Assembly: GCF_018350175.1 (NCBI RefSeq)
Contig: NC_058368.1
Span: 66,900,001-66,964,000, forward strand
From: Felis catus
Taxonomy: Eukaryota
Reading direction: 5' to 3'
DNA: 64,000 bases
Part shown: piece after piece, positions 50,296-63,858 of the stretch
Layout of the letters: every line of letters starts with the position of its first letter
How positions within the stretch are numbered: the first letter of the stretch is position 1
The notes under the pieces: generated by a model
Seen by the model: the letters and a program-made list of their open reading frames with translations, nothing else
The model's database searches: none
What the model was told of the DNA's origin: nothing
Translations under genes and position numbers: made by a program

Positions 50296-51690
50296 CCTCC
50301 CCGCTTTATGTACCTAAAAAGTACTTTCTCTACTATTCCACAGATCATCTCTGAGGGTCAACGAGACTAATTACACTTGCCTATACCAACATTTGAAGAG
50401 AAACAACTATGTGGTCAAGACAACGTTGACGTGGAAGTACCTTTTTCTAGATGTTGCATTTTCTTTTCAAAGAAACGGATTCCAACCTGTCAGGAGCCGA
50501 AAGCTTGTTAACTTACACCCATCTTCCTACTGTCATCATTCTCAGTGATGCTTTGATATTTGATGGCTGCACATTTAAAAAGTTGCCAGTCTGACAGCCT
50601 GCTCTAAGACGTCCAAGCATGTGCAGAAGTAATGTCAAGAAGATACTCAACTGGGATACGTATTTCCTTACGTCTTTCCAGAGAGGTGACCTGAGCCTCT
50701 GAGATCCCAGAGGAATGTGCTGCCATTATGTAAACCTGGCCCCACGTTGGATTCCACATGAGAAAAGGAGCAGGGTTTTGAAACTGGACATGTGGACCAC
50801 AGCAACTCTCAGCTTCACCCAGCAATTAGCCCTCTGCTCTCCACTGACCAGCTCTGTGACCTTAGGTGAGTCCTCAATCCAGTCTCCTTGTCCATGAAGT
50901 GGGATAAGAAAGAACCACCAGGAGGATTAAGTGAACTCACACATGTGAGAACCACGTAAGATAAATGATACAGAGCTATACGAATGTAGCACCGTTAATA
51001 TTGTTATGTTAGGTGCAAGATTACAGGACCAGGAATCCCAAGGTTTCTAATTGCAACCTCTGAGCATTTCTGTACGTATGTCACACTTGGTTAAAACATT
51101 TCTTAAAAGAGCAGATGTCTAATTCTGTGTCTGCTGCAAATGAGAGCTAACGTAAGTTATCTATATATAGGACCACCTTACTTCTAAGGGGCCTTAGCTT
51201 CCTATTTGTAAAAAGAGGGTGTTGAACTATACCATCTTCTGTTATCTGAACCCATCTGTGATTTATTTGTCATTACTCAACGCCTTGATGATACACAATG
51301 ATAACAAATTTTTAAAACGGAGGCTTTGACACGTAGGTGGGGACACATCTGTTTGATGTGAAATGCCTGAGGTCAGAGAACAAAGGGGTTTGTAAGATTC
51401 CTGGCTGTTTTACGAGCAGATTATACAGGGGATCCCCAATGACTGACTGCCTGGGTCTTCCGAGGGAAGAAGCACCGACTGGGAGACATCCAGTTGGTGA
51501 AAGTCTCTGCATTTCAGCCCTGAAAGCAGTACACTGGCTTCTCTACATTCATGTACGATGGAAGTACTTACGAAAAGTTCAGAATTGAGATTTCCTCATC
51601 CCTGACCCTGGGTGTAAACTCTGATTCTGCCAATTATCCAGCCAGCTGTGTGACTCTGAGCAATTTCCTTCCCCTCTCAAAGTCTCAGCC

Positions 51691-51884
51691 TTTTTTTTTT
51701 AATGTTTATTTTTGAGAGACAGACAGTGCAAGTGGGGAGGGGCAGAGAGACAAGGAGACACAGAATCCAAAGCAGGCTCCAGGCTGTCAGCACAGAGCCC
51801 AATGTGAGGCTCGAACCCATGAACTGTGGGATCATGACCTGAGCTGAAGTCGGATGCTTAACCGACTGAGCCACGCAGGCGCCC
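51691..51884 (-). mobile_element. Feline Can-SINE
   Basis: Typical body. Confidence 0.93.
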
Positions 51885-52662
51885 TTCAGATTCCCAGCCT
51901 CTTACACCGGCACCAAGACAAGAGAACCTACATCACACACGGTGCACGATGAGTGTCAGAGCCTCATCCCACACCTCCAAATTGCTCAGCACATAAACGG
52001 AGCATCTCTGCTCTTCTCAGCTCTTGGGTTTATTATACTGGGGATATCTAAGAAATACATCTGACACGTTTGTTAGTCCCCAGCACGATACTGCGGGCAC
52101 ACATACACATTTACTGAACGGTTTTTGAGGATGAAGCAGCATTTGAAGAAATGTTCTACGAACAGTGGCAGTTATAGCTCTTTATTTCTGAGTTGGAGGG
52201 ATGAGACGAAACAGTGACAGAAGAGAACTTAAGCTGTGTTTTGGATAAATCTCTCACACACAAGGGCTGTTAGATACTGGGACAGATTTTTCTCCTGTTG
52301 TCTTTAATAGATACTTAAGATATTACACAAGTAATTTTCTCTTGCAGTGAAAATCTGGGAAATGCAGAAAAGGATGAACAGAAAAATGCACCTATGATTA
52401 TAATGCCCAGGGAGAAATACTTCTGATGGGGAGCTTCAAGACTACTGATCCCATGCCATCCCAACCACACACCTCAAGGGGCAAGAACACCTGACTTCCC
52501 TTTCTTCCTTCCATCAAGCCAACCCCCACCTTGTATCAGAAAGAGTTACAGGTGGCTGCAGGACATTGGCTAAGTCCCTTAAGCCAGGCCGCAGTTTTCA
52601 CATCACACGTGTAGAATGAGAAAATACATTACTTATTGGAAAGATACCAGATAATCTGAATG

Positions 52663-52775
52663 TTTTTTTTAATTTATTTTCTTAATATATGAAATTTATT
52701 GTCAAATTGGTTTCCATACAACACCCAGTGCTCATCCCAAAAGATGCCCTCTTCAATACCCTTCACCCACCCCCG
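52663..52775 (-). mobile_element. Very short feline L1 3' end
   Basis: atatatgaaatttattgtcaaattggtttccatacaacacccagtgctcatccca, same 3' end type as 22505-22925; flanked by TCTGAATGTT. Confidence 0.9.
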
Positions 52776-52907
52776 ACTCTGAATGTTATTCACTGAACAT
52801 CAGCACCACGTACAGTGCTTAGTACTTGCACACACATCATCTCTGTGAAAATGCTTTGTACATCTCCAAGCACCACTCAGACTATAGCGTTAAAGTGGCA
52901 GAGATTC

Positions 52908-52968
52908 TTTTTTTTTTTTTTAATTTTAATGTTTATTTTTGGGAGAGTGAGCATGAGCCTGGCGCCCC
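52908..52968 (-). mobile_element. Internally deleted mini Can-SINE
   Basis: Minus strand reads GGGGCGCCAGGCTCATGCTCACTCTCCCAAAAATAAACATTAAAATT(A)n. Confidence 0.75.
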
Positions 52969-53654
52969 AAGGTAACATAGATTCTTGATCATCCCAATGA
53001 CCGTTTCATCATCTAGAAGGCAGAGGAAGCACAAGGGGGTAACTAGGCCTTCTTCTAAACCACCACGAATTAGGGAGAAACCTGGGCAAGAAGCGTATCA
53101 TGTGGTTTTCTTTGCAAATTATAAAACAGAAAAGCAACCTACACATTTCCCTGCTAGATATTTCTAGACCCAATGGACAACATCCCACATTCTTTTTTTC
53201 TCAAACTCTCAAAATTTCCTGGATGTGCCTTGACCGTTATTTGCAACTCAAATGTGAGCGCCGATTAGAATGAAATGTAACGGGCCTGCAAAATGTGGAA
53301 GTTCTGTGCCACATGAGAATCTGAAAGCATGGAGTTCAACATGTGACATCTCTCTAGAATCGGATCTCTCGCTCCTCTTGGGCACAGGTGCTTGCGCCCC
53401 GCAGCGCCCCCACGTGCCTGCGCACGCGAGCATGCGCACCTGGGGCACCCCCACTCCCCCACCGATTCTGCCCATTCTCAGCAGACCTGACTTCAACCTG
53501 GGACGTGTTGTTAAGACCCAGTCGTGAAGCGTTGTCTCCGAAGGCTTATAATTGAGAAGGGCACAGGGTGCTTGTTAGAGCACCCCTCGTGCCAGATTGC
53601 GAGGAGTGAAGGGCTGAGATGAGCTTTAATTACCGCTCCTCACGGCCCGCTTAC

Positions 53655-53789
53655 CTGTTTTGCTGTTTCGATGAGGGCAGCGGCTTCTGCCTGGCCCAGC
53701 TGCTGCACCATCTTGTAAAACAGGCTCTCTTCATTCTGCAGCAAAACATACGGTTCATCATATTCTTTCAGTCTTCCTGAATCCAAAAC
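53655..53789 (-). CDS. ABCC4: ABCC4 penultimate coding exon
   Basis: Boundaries taacag|GTT ... CAG|gtaagc, 135 nt, phase 0-0. Translates to [45 protein letters not shown]. Confidence 0.97.
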
Positions 53790-56229
53790 CTGTTAATCAG
53801 CAGAAAGAAACCCATTAGCACACAATGTTTTGCAGTAACATATTATAAGCCAGACAATATTTCGGAAAGGGGCCGGAGAAGGAGAATAGAGAGAATCCAT
53901 TTGGGTGGTAGGCCTGCCTGGTGTTTAAACGGTTTGATTACCCTGTTTTACTAGGCAGACAAAGGCCTAGCCCGACCTTTTATTATTATAATGTTATAGG
54001 AAAGGAAGAAAATGAAAGTTTTAGACTATGATTATGGGCACTCAGCAGTCCTGTGGCGTTTTATATTCTGCCAAAGGCTTTTGGGGTTGTTATTAGTGCT
54101 TTTAGCTCTCAGACTCTGAGCTTTGAGGGTTATTTATACATACATTCAGAGTTGGGAAATTTCTTGATTTAGGAAAATCAAACTCAATTTATGAAAAAGT
54201 AGGGTGATGTCATCCAGGCCAGATGGCAGTGAGCTGAGAGCAAATTAGCTGCTAAGCTGGTCTGACAGAATCTGAGCAATATCTGGAAAAGGAGTGAATG
54301 CTTCTGGAATTTCTTTAGGGTCCTGGAATATGTCAGCTGGTAAGAGGGGACAAAATACCCGTCAGCGAGATTAAGGTGCATCCTGAAGTTGGCTTTGGTG
54401 GGAACTTATTATTCTGGGAGTGAAAGGCTGGCTAAAAGAGCTGCTCCCTAAGCAGCTTTAGCATAATTGCTCTGCACAGAAGAAATCTCTAGAAATCCAA
54501 TTTTCTCTCTGGATAAGACTAAAGAAGTAATTAAGAAATTGAGCTCCAAATTCCAGCGATCATGGCCTGCACAGCACACGGGGGCAGCCCAATCTCAATT
54601 GTAGAGGATCTGAGCATCTGTTTGCACAAGTATCTTTCCTGCTTCCTTTTCTCTCTTTCTTCGGCTGCCTGCCTTTCAAGCCATTTTATTGCTCATTAAT
54701 ATGTCCACTAATTGGAAATTGAAAGGGAGAGGAAGGGGCTCTTAACTCTGCATTTCTACTTATTAGTAGCTCTGGTTAATGGTTTGGGAGGGAAGAAAAG
54801 AGTCTGAAACCATTGGCCCAGATGATGTACCTAGGAAAACAGTTCTGATGTTAAGTGGTACTTAGTTCTTCATTTAGGCTGTATTTAGAGTAAATTTATC
54901 TTAAGGGAATATGCTGAAACTCTTAAGCCGGACACAGGCTGTTTGTCCACATCTAGGTATTGCAGTTAATTCTGTCCCGTGGTATTTAATCGGAAACATT
55001 TATTAAGTCTCATAACGGGCATTTTCCTGTTAATCTTTTGTTTACTACTGTGAATCACTGCTAAGGGCAGCTTTCTCAAAAGAGTTCAAGAATAATTGAA
55101 TCTGTCACATCCACATAATAATTAAAACGTCCTATAATTTGGCATCCAATTTAGATGCCCCAAATGTGTAATTTTACTTAAGCATAGCATTACAGAGCAT
55201 AGCCACTCCTCCTGACGTTGAAGAAGAAGAAAAAAACCAATTTTAAAATACAGGTTTCTCTCATGCTGAAGACTAAGTAAATAAGCGAATCAAATTACTT
55301 CATACAATGAAGAACCTGATATTCTGCAAAAGCAACAACTTTTAAAAATCACCAGAGCTGGTGGAAAAGGAGTTCTCCAACTATCAAGGCTGTATGTAAC
55401 TTTTAATGGAATGAAACTATTTACTGATATTTCGTCCTTGTCCAACTTCCTACTTTACTCAAATTTGAATGAACAGCACATTTTTCCATTTTCTCTCCTA
55501 CCGTCTGAAAACACACAAATGCCACTAGATGAGCAGTTCTCAGAACTGATCAGTGTCTGAAAAGGCAGATCCAGAAAAAAATTAATGCTCTTAAAAAGCA
55601 ATAGAGTTAACAATATAAATGACCAAAAAATTTATTTTGGTCAAAATACTTTGAGCCTTATGAGTATTAAATATAAATGCAATTTAACAAAGAATGACTA
55701 CCTTAAGATAATATTTTAGAAAGTCACCTCGTAACTAAAATAGTGGTCTTTTGAATTTGGAAAAGAAGAAAATAGCTGTGGATTGAACACTCATTGTACT
55801 ACATGCTTTGTAGACATTGCTGTTAATTCTCAAGGTACACAGGGTACATAATGTCCTTCCTCCCTTCCTTCCTTCCTCCCTCCCTCCCTTCCACCCACCA
55901 CCTATTTATCATTTTTTCCTTCTTAACCTCCATTCTCCCATCCATCCATCCAGGAAATACTGACACCTAATATCAAAGCACTGTTTTAAGAATAGGAGAT
56001 TCAAAGATGAGCAAGATACATTCTGTCCAGAAATTCACAACCAGAGATGAAGACTGAGGGTGCAGAAGTGTTAAGTAACTTAGCTGAGGCTACTGAATCA
56101 GTAGATGGCAGAAGTGGGGTTCAAACACAGGTCCGAACCCCTATTCTTTCCATGTGCATTCCCAGAGAAAGACATTTAGATTATTTATTATCAGATACAA
56201 TATAAGGGAGATGAGAATTTTAACTTCAA

Positions 56230-56452
56230 TTTTTTTTCCCCTAATGTTTGAGACAGAGAGAGAGAGAGAGAGAGAGAGCGCGCACGCGCACAAATGTGGG
56301 AGGGGTGGATAGACAGACACAGGATCCGAACCAGGCTCCAGGCTCTGAGCTGTCGGCACAGACCCCCAGTGTGGGGCTTGAACTCACGAGCTGTGAGATC
56401 ATGACCAGAGCTGAAATCGGATGCTTAACCGACTGAGCCACCCAGGCGCCCC
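56230..56452 (-). mobile_element. Feline Can-SINE
   Basis: TSD TAACTTCAATTTT. Confidence 0.94.
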
Positions 56453-57057
56453 TAACTTCAATTTTCTAAGATACCTTTCTATATGTATAATACCTTACAT
56501 TAACTTTGTATAACTTAAGAAAATATGCCTATAAATGTAAACAATTCCCCCTACATTTTTATTATACTTGGGGCTCACATTATTTACTGTGTGCCTGGTA
56601 GACACTCACAGAAAAAGAAAACCAATTTTATTAAACTTTCAGGATTAATAAAGAACAAGTAATATGTGGCAAAAACACATTTGAGGAAAATAAGTAAACT
56701 TTCATTAATTCCTGAATTTGTTCAGCAAACATTTATCGCATACTTAAGTGCATTCGTGTCATCATGACAGATGCTGGGGAAGAGGCACAAGAGAGTTAAG
56801 CCACAGCCCCTGACATTCGGGAGCCTGTACTAAGAGAAGAAAGACTGCAAGTGTCTATACTGCAAGAAGAAAAAAAAAAGCACTGGCAGAAACAAGAGTG
56901 TGGAGCCGCCAGGACTCAGGCCAGGCGCTACAGAGCCCCTCGGGGCGCAGACTGAGGAAAGTCCTGGAACAGAACTGTACACATTTTGCCTTTACATTTA
57001 CTGGTTTGAGCAAAGATTCCAGGTCTTTTATGATAACTGCACACAAAGCAACTCCAA

Positions 57058-57290
57058 TTTTTAAAAAATGTTTATTTAGTTTGAGACAGCGAGCAAGCAC
57101 ACACATGCTCACACACAAGCCGGGGAGGGACAGGGAGAGAAGGAGACAGAGAATTCCAAGCTGGCTCCACACTGTCAGCGCAGAGCCCAACACGGGGCTA
57201 GACCTCAGGAGATCTCACGAACCTTGAGATCATGACCTGAGCCAAAATCAAGAATCGGACGCTTAACCGACTGAGCCACACAGGCACCCC
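57058..57290 (-). mobile_element. Feline Can-SINE
   Basis: Typical body. Confidence 0.92.
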
Positions 57291-59626
57291 TCCAAATTTT
57301 CTTTATGTACAGAAAAACAGGTATAATTTTGAGTTTTTATCTTTAACATCTTCCATAACTGTAAGAAAAGGCTCCTGTGATCTCCTGCTGCGCCCCCTAT
57401 AACCCAAGTTAAACTACAAATGAAACCACACATTCAAACTGGTGTGAGAGCAATCCTATGGTGCCAGGATCTCTCCAGGAACGCCAACCTCAAATCACTC
57501 GCGCGCTCTCGCTGGTTAAGGAAAAATCCATTATATTGGATGAGTCAGTCAGTTACATAAACTCCATGAAGATGTGCTTATCAGGCCTGTGTATCTGCAG
57601 ATATGGCAGGGAGCTGTCCTAGATATAAAAATTAAATGGACCCATTGCAAAATAATCTAATCCATTTTAAACACCAGGATGCTGTATCAGTGATGGTGGG
57701 GTGGCTGCAGGGAGAGGCGGGTGTGGAGGGGGTGTGCAGGACAGGGTGGAAGAAACCTGACAACAGGAAAGAGATGCCTGGAAGTTTTCGATCGGCAATA
57801 AGCAACAGAGGCAGATCCCACTTAACAGCAAGCAGAGTGGGAAGATCTGAGTTTCAGACATCTGCTTTAGGTGGCCTGGAGACAAAGGGGCATAGGGACA
57901 GTTCTCCAAGCTTGGGAGTTGGGTTGGGTCCCTCACCGGTAAGGTGGATGGCTGTGAGGTTCTCTGTGATAAGATACGGTGGCAAGTGTTACTCAAAACC
58001 CTTTGTTAGGTCTTGAAATGGTCAGTCATTGTGACTTGGGAAAGATGAAGGCCAGGTCACAGCGACTGCCACAGCGGCTCCCCAAATTCCTGCTATTGTA
58101 TGGAAGCACACACCTCCTTTCCTAAAGTATTTCTTCTTCCGGATTGTGCTTTCAACCTTCATGTTAGCTATTTTTCCCTCTGAAAACATGAGTGGAAATC
58201 TCCTGGTGTATTTTTTTTAAGGAGCTTTTCTCTTCTGTGACGTTCTGAGATACAGGCTTATCACAAGTTCCATGAAGGTGAAAAATTGAATTTAAATAAA
58301 ACTCCAGGTAGCTCTGAGGTGTGTTTGTGCTCTCCCAGGTGGGTATGGGACAGCAGTGTGTGGGTTTGATTTCTCTGGGGAAAACTCTACTGAAAAGAGG
58401 CTTGAGTTTAGGATGAGAGGTAAAGATTAGAAAACTGTAAGGTGGCTCATAAGCAGAGAGGTAGAATCTGGGTTTCTCAGCCCCGGCTTTCCTTCTCCAG
58501 ACCCCCTAAGTCCTGGGAGTGAAAATGCTGAGCAGAGACACAGTGTTGTTGCACCAGCTGTATGTCTGCCGGTGTTTCCTTTGCTGCTGCTGCCAGGGAG
58601 AATCCGGGGTGCAGTGAGGACTGAGGGGACACAGAGACGAGAGAAAAACGCTGTGCCACTGGCTGAAGAGACGGCAGGTCACAAGTAACCAGCTAATCCT
58701 AAAACTACAGGGAAGAGCTGTCTTTAATGCAGAGACAGCGGTGAGTATTAGGAGAAAGAGGATTTCTAATTTGTCTGTCTTGCTCCACTGTTTTGTGGCA
58801 ACTGAGCAAATGAGGAAGATTAAATTAGCTGTCATTATGACTACATCATGTTTAATAAAGTTAAAATTGAGAGAACATCTTTGTAAAATAGAATTCTAAG
58901 CCTAACACATTAATGGCGCTTAATGAACCAAAACTGGGTAAATCCCTTTGGAGAGCCAACACATAAACAAAGCTATTAATTAGGTCACAGTTGTTTCCCA
59001 ACAAGCCTTTTGTTTGATTTACTTACAGTAAACAAAACCATATCCATACGTCTTTGTGCAGAAGTATTCACCAGTGCAACAAAATGTAATTATTACACCG
59101 TGAGCGCGTGCAATTACACGACTTTACGATGACAAGGCTGTGGTTATGCCCTTCATTAGCATCCGTCACTTCCCCAGCCCCTCCGTGAGCGACCGCCACC
59201 CTCTGGAGCAGGAGGCCTTGCCGCTGAGTGACTCGTCTTTATGTCCCTAAAGCTTTCAGAATAACAGAACAGATGATCACTTGCTTTTGGAAAGTAAATG
59301 GGTATTTCTAAAGCCAGCAAGAAAAAAAAAAGATTGATCCAAAAATCAAAGGTTCAAGAAGGAACATTATTTATGGTGTTTTGCTAGACAAAAAGCCAAC
59401 TAGTAATCAGAAGTTCTAGAATAAAACAGAAGGCTTCTCCCTGGAGTGGATGGAACACAGAGGGACGATTCCCTGATGATGAACTACGGAATGAGTGCCA
59501 CTTGGATCCCCCGAGGTCTGATCCTGCCATTCCCTGTCAAAGGAGTCAGCAAACCAAAACCAGCTCTGACCAAGATGTAAGCAGGTGGCCAAGTTCACCT
59601 GCCCGTGATGTCCCTGACAAGCTCTC

Positions 59627-59646
59627 GGGGGGGGGGGGGGGGGGGG
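59627..59646. repeat. G20 homopolymer
   Basis: 20 consecutive G. Confidence 0.95.
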
Positions 59647-61777
59647 CTGGACTGAAGGTCCCTCATCACTGGAGCTGGGAGTGGGAGCAGCAGCCCCACA
59701 GGAACACACAGAGCCCACCATGGAAAGTAAGGTCCTTCCCAGCAATGGTCACGGACTCTAAAAGGAACCCTGTGCTTCCTGTCTCCAAACTGACTTCTCC
59801 CTCAGTCTCCCCAACTCCTCCAAATCTCAGGCCCCTTCCCTCACACCCCAGGCTCCGCCCATCACACCGTCGTTTATCTGCCCTTAATCCAACCATCTCA
59901 CCATTTCCACTGCTGGTGCCTTAGCCTAAGCCACCAACATCCAGTTGAACCAAAAGACAACCGACAGTTTTAATAAGCGATTTTAACTCTCTCTTTAAGG
60001 AAAGAAAGAGAACACAGCAGGGCCAGGTTCGAAAGGACGGGAGGGGCTGTAAACTGCTTTGCAAAACCACATTAAGGATCTGGACAAAGACCCCTGGCCC
60101 AGAGAGAAAAATCTGAGCTTCTTGAAATTTATCAGGAGATACTCGTACGGGAAGCATTAAACACACAGACATACTTTGCTAACGGCAATGAGGCGCACTG
60201 GGTAAGGGGATACTCAAGCTCACATGTGTGCGTCAAATGCTGATGGGTAATGCAAATGGGTAAGGCTTAGGAATGACCAAAAACAAGATTTAGGAATGAC
60301 CAGCTGACGAGTCTGTCAAATTCTGTCCTTCTCTGCTGTTTCCCTAAACGACCCCGCATTCTAAGGTGGCAGTATTTCTAAGAATGAGATGATAAAAAGA
60401 AGCTACTACCACCAAAATGTTGTAACACCAAAACCTCGAAATAAATCTATATGGTACATTTAGGAGCAAAGGTTTGATGTGAAGGTGCTCTTCACTGAGC
60501 TGGAGATCAAGCCAGCTTTCTGCCACTGCAACCAAAGCCTGGCAAAGCACTTCAAACAGGGAAAACTCTAGCGTCATTCACTTTTTGCGGAAAAAGGAGG
60601 CTTCTGGGGACAATCTGTGAAATACAAAGCCGAGAGACAAGAACCAAGTGACAGGTAGCAAGTAGAAATCACAGGTTATTTTTCCAGTTTCCATTCAAAA
60701 GGAAGGAATAAGGATGCTACCAATGCCACACAACGTTTCTGGAATCTAAGAGTCACTGTCCTGCCATCATGGAATGTCACATGGTCACTCACAAGTCTGC
60801 TGGAGTGGCTTGCTTCCTAGTTCTAGGTGTCCTAGTCCACACCAGCCATGCTGCCTGAAGCCTACAGCATCCCTTTGGTTGGGAACACCCAGCTCCTGTC
60901 GCCAACCTCGTCGGAGCTCATTACTGCACAGTGTCTAGGCCTGGGGAGTGCCAAGGCTGAAGGCACCGCTTCACTGTGGAGAGTCCGGTTATCTTCTCAC
61001 TGCTGCCACTGACGATCCCATCTGACAATGCATGTGAAACGGGGTGGGAGGGAATATTCCAGAAACTGCCCAAAGAGTCAAAAGGGACAGCTCTGTTTTC
61101 ACTGGACATAAGGAAGCTTGGATATTACTGCTTATTACTGATTACTAACCTGTTTAGTACAGATCATCAAAAACTTAGTTAACCCTATCTGTTGCCTCTC
61201 ACACGCTGTGTAGGCCTTCTTTATTTACTTCCTCACCACTAATCAAAGCACCACCAGATACTGTGGTGTCTGGTAACAATGGTCAGCATCCATGAGACAG
61301 GTGAAAATCAGCCCGTTGCCATGGACTGGGAATTACCCTGAAAATAATACGTGCATTCCTTGGGCTTATTTGTAGCCAAAGGGTTTTCCTTTGAGGCATG
61401 GCCTCCTTATCATTTCATAAAACCACATCCTAAGATAACTGAAACTGAGCAAGCAAAAGAGGGAAAAGAGAAGAAAAAATATAGGAGGATAGGGTGAGAA
61501 AAAAGGGAGGGAGGATAAAAGAAAAGGAAGGAAGGACTGAATTACTAAGAAAGAAAAAGAAAAAGCCAATCAAACCTGGCAGATACTGCACAGATTTCCA
61601 GAGACCAAAGCTTGAAGCCTGCCTTGTGTGTAGTCCCTGGCTGTGCTGTGTAAGAGACCTGCTGCTTGGTCACCTAGTCTCAGCCCCAGATCCACCATTT
61701 TTCCTACACTCTCAGCTCATTTGCTTTCTGCAAACCACATTCCAGAGAGCTTTGGCCGGCTGGTGCTCTGTTGGGTT

Positions 61778-61796
61778 CCACCAGCAGGGGGCACTT
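61778..61796 (+). promoter_or_regulatory. Candidate CTCF site in an ABCC4 intron
   Basis: CCACCAGCAGGGGGCACTT matches the CTCF core CCASYAGRKGGCRS at all 14 positions. Confidence 0.6.
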
Positions 61797-62569
61797 GGGG
61801 AAGGGGGTGTTGAAGGTGAGACACAGAGCAAATGGTCGCCATGGCCTATGTTGCTCCTGCAACATCACCTGGGGCCCGGGACCTGGCACCACCCCCCTTC
61901 TTCCATTAGAACACACATTGAGAACTAGTCTCAATGTAGTCCCTCACAAATGTAACCAGCGGCTGGGCAGTGACTCTCCTTGGAGGTCTGAGCATGAGTC
62001 TTTAGGGTCTTTCCTCTGAGTTCTCAGGTCTAGAGATCTGTCTTGGGGCTCAGTACCTGCTTCCTAAAATCATTACCCCAGTTTTTCTCTTCCACTTTTG
62101 CAGCCTTCCAATTCCTACATTAAATCCTTTCTGTTGAAATACTTTATGTTTCTGACTACGGCTTCTCCCCTCATAGACTCCCCTTTGTCAGTGCATCTTG
62201 TGAACATCCTGACAGACAAGAAATTCTGCAACTTACCCAATAACATCCTGGCAGCCTAAATGAAACGGTAACTTTTTGATTAAGAGAATCCAAAATACTG
62301 AAACAACTGTGACATGGTGAGAAGTACTATTTTACCCCTCTGTAAGAAGAGGCCAGATCTTGAATTTGAAAGATTTTCATGGTTGGCCATGGTAAAGGAA
62401 AAGGACAATTCAAATAAACTTTTAATATGCAAATATGAAATCATTAGTTTATTTAATAGCACATTCTGAAGGTATAGTTAAGTACCTGAGTCACTATCAG
62501 GAATGAGAGGAAAAATTAACAGAAAATGAACTTATTAGAGGTTTCTATCAGGTTGTATAAGGAAGGTTA

Positions 62570-62758
<189 letters not shown>

Positions 62759-63045
62759 TCAGTAAAGACAGGAGAAGCAGACTTAAGCCCTAAAACAATC
62801 ATGACATTTTCATAATGTTTTTAAAAATCAAAAACATGAGATAGTTCTTAAAAAACTGAGTATAAGAAAACCTATTCAGAAGTTTCCTGTTTTGCATATG
62901 ACGATGTTAAATATGCTTCCCTCCACTTGTTTGAAACTACCAAGAGTAGCACTGAGGAAATCTAGCTGTCTTAGGATGCCTAATAATATCGTTATCACCG
63001 TATAACTTCTTTTTGGTTTCTTCCTGCTTTCCAAAATTAACATTA

Positions 63046-63417
<372 letters not shown>

Positions 63418-63544
63418 CTAGTTCTTCTTACACATCTTACATGTCCAGTCACGTGAATGGGACAGTTACTTCTAATTACTGTCTACTTAAAGATGGTTGT
63501 GTCAACTCAGGCCAGAACTATTCTCTGACTTAGGAGCACATGAA

Positions 63545-63819
63545 TTTTTTAAAAAAATTTTTTAATGTTTTTATTTATTTTTGAGACAGAGAGAGACAGA
63601 CAATGAGCAGGGGAGGGGCAGAAAGAGAGGGAGACACAGAATCTAAAGCAGGCTCCAGGCTCTGAGCTGTCAGCACAGAGCTGGACACGGGGCTCGAACT
63701 CACAGACTGTGAGATCATGACCTGAGCTGAAGTCGGATGCTAACTGTCTGAGCCACCCAGGTGCCCCTGTTTATTTTTAATTATTTTGTTTTATTTAAAA
63801 AAAATTTAGGTTTATTTAT

Positions 63820-63858
<39 letters not shown>

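Noticed and set aside
56098..56111. CTCF-like TCAGTAGATGGCAG
   Set aside because: Mismatch at a key core C, and it sits in a MIR-like remnant.
4129..57227. Many short ORFs beginning MAQSV... or containing ERERER/SLSLSL
   Set aside because: These are translations of Can-SINE bodies and their (CT)n tracts.
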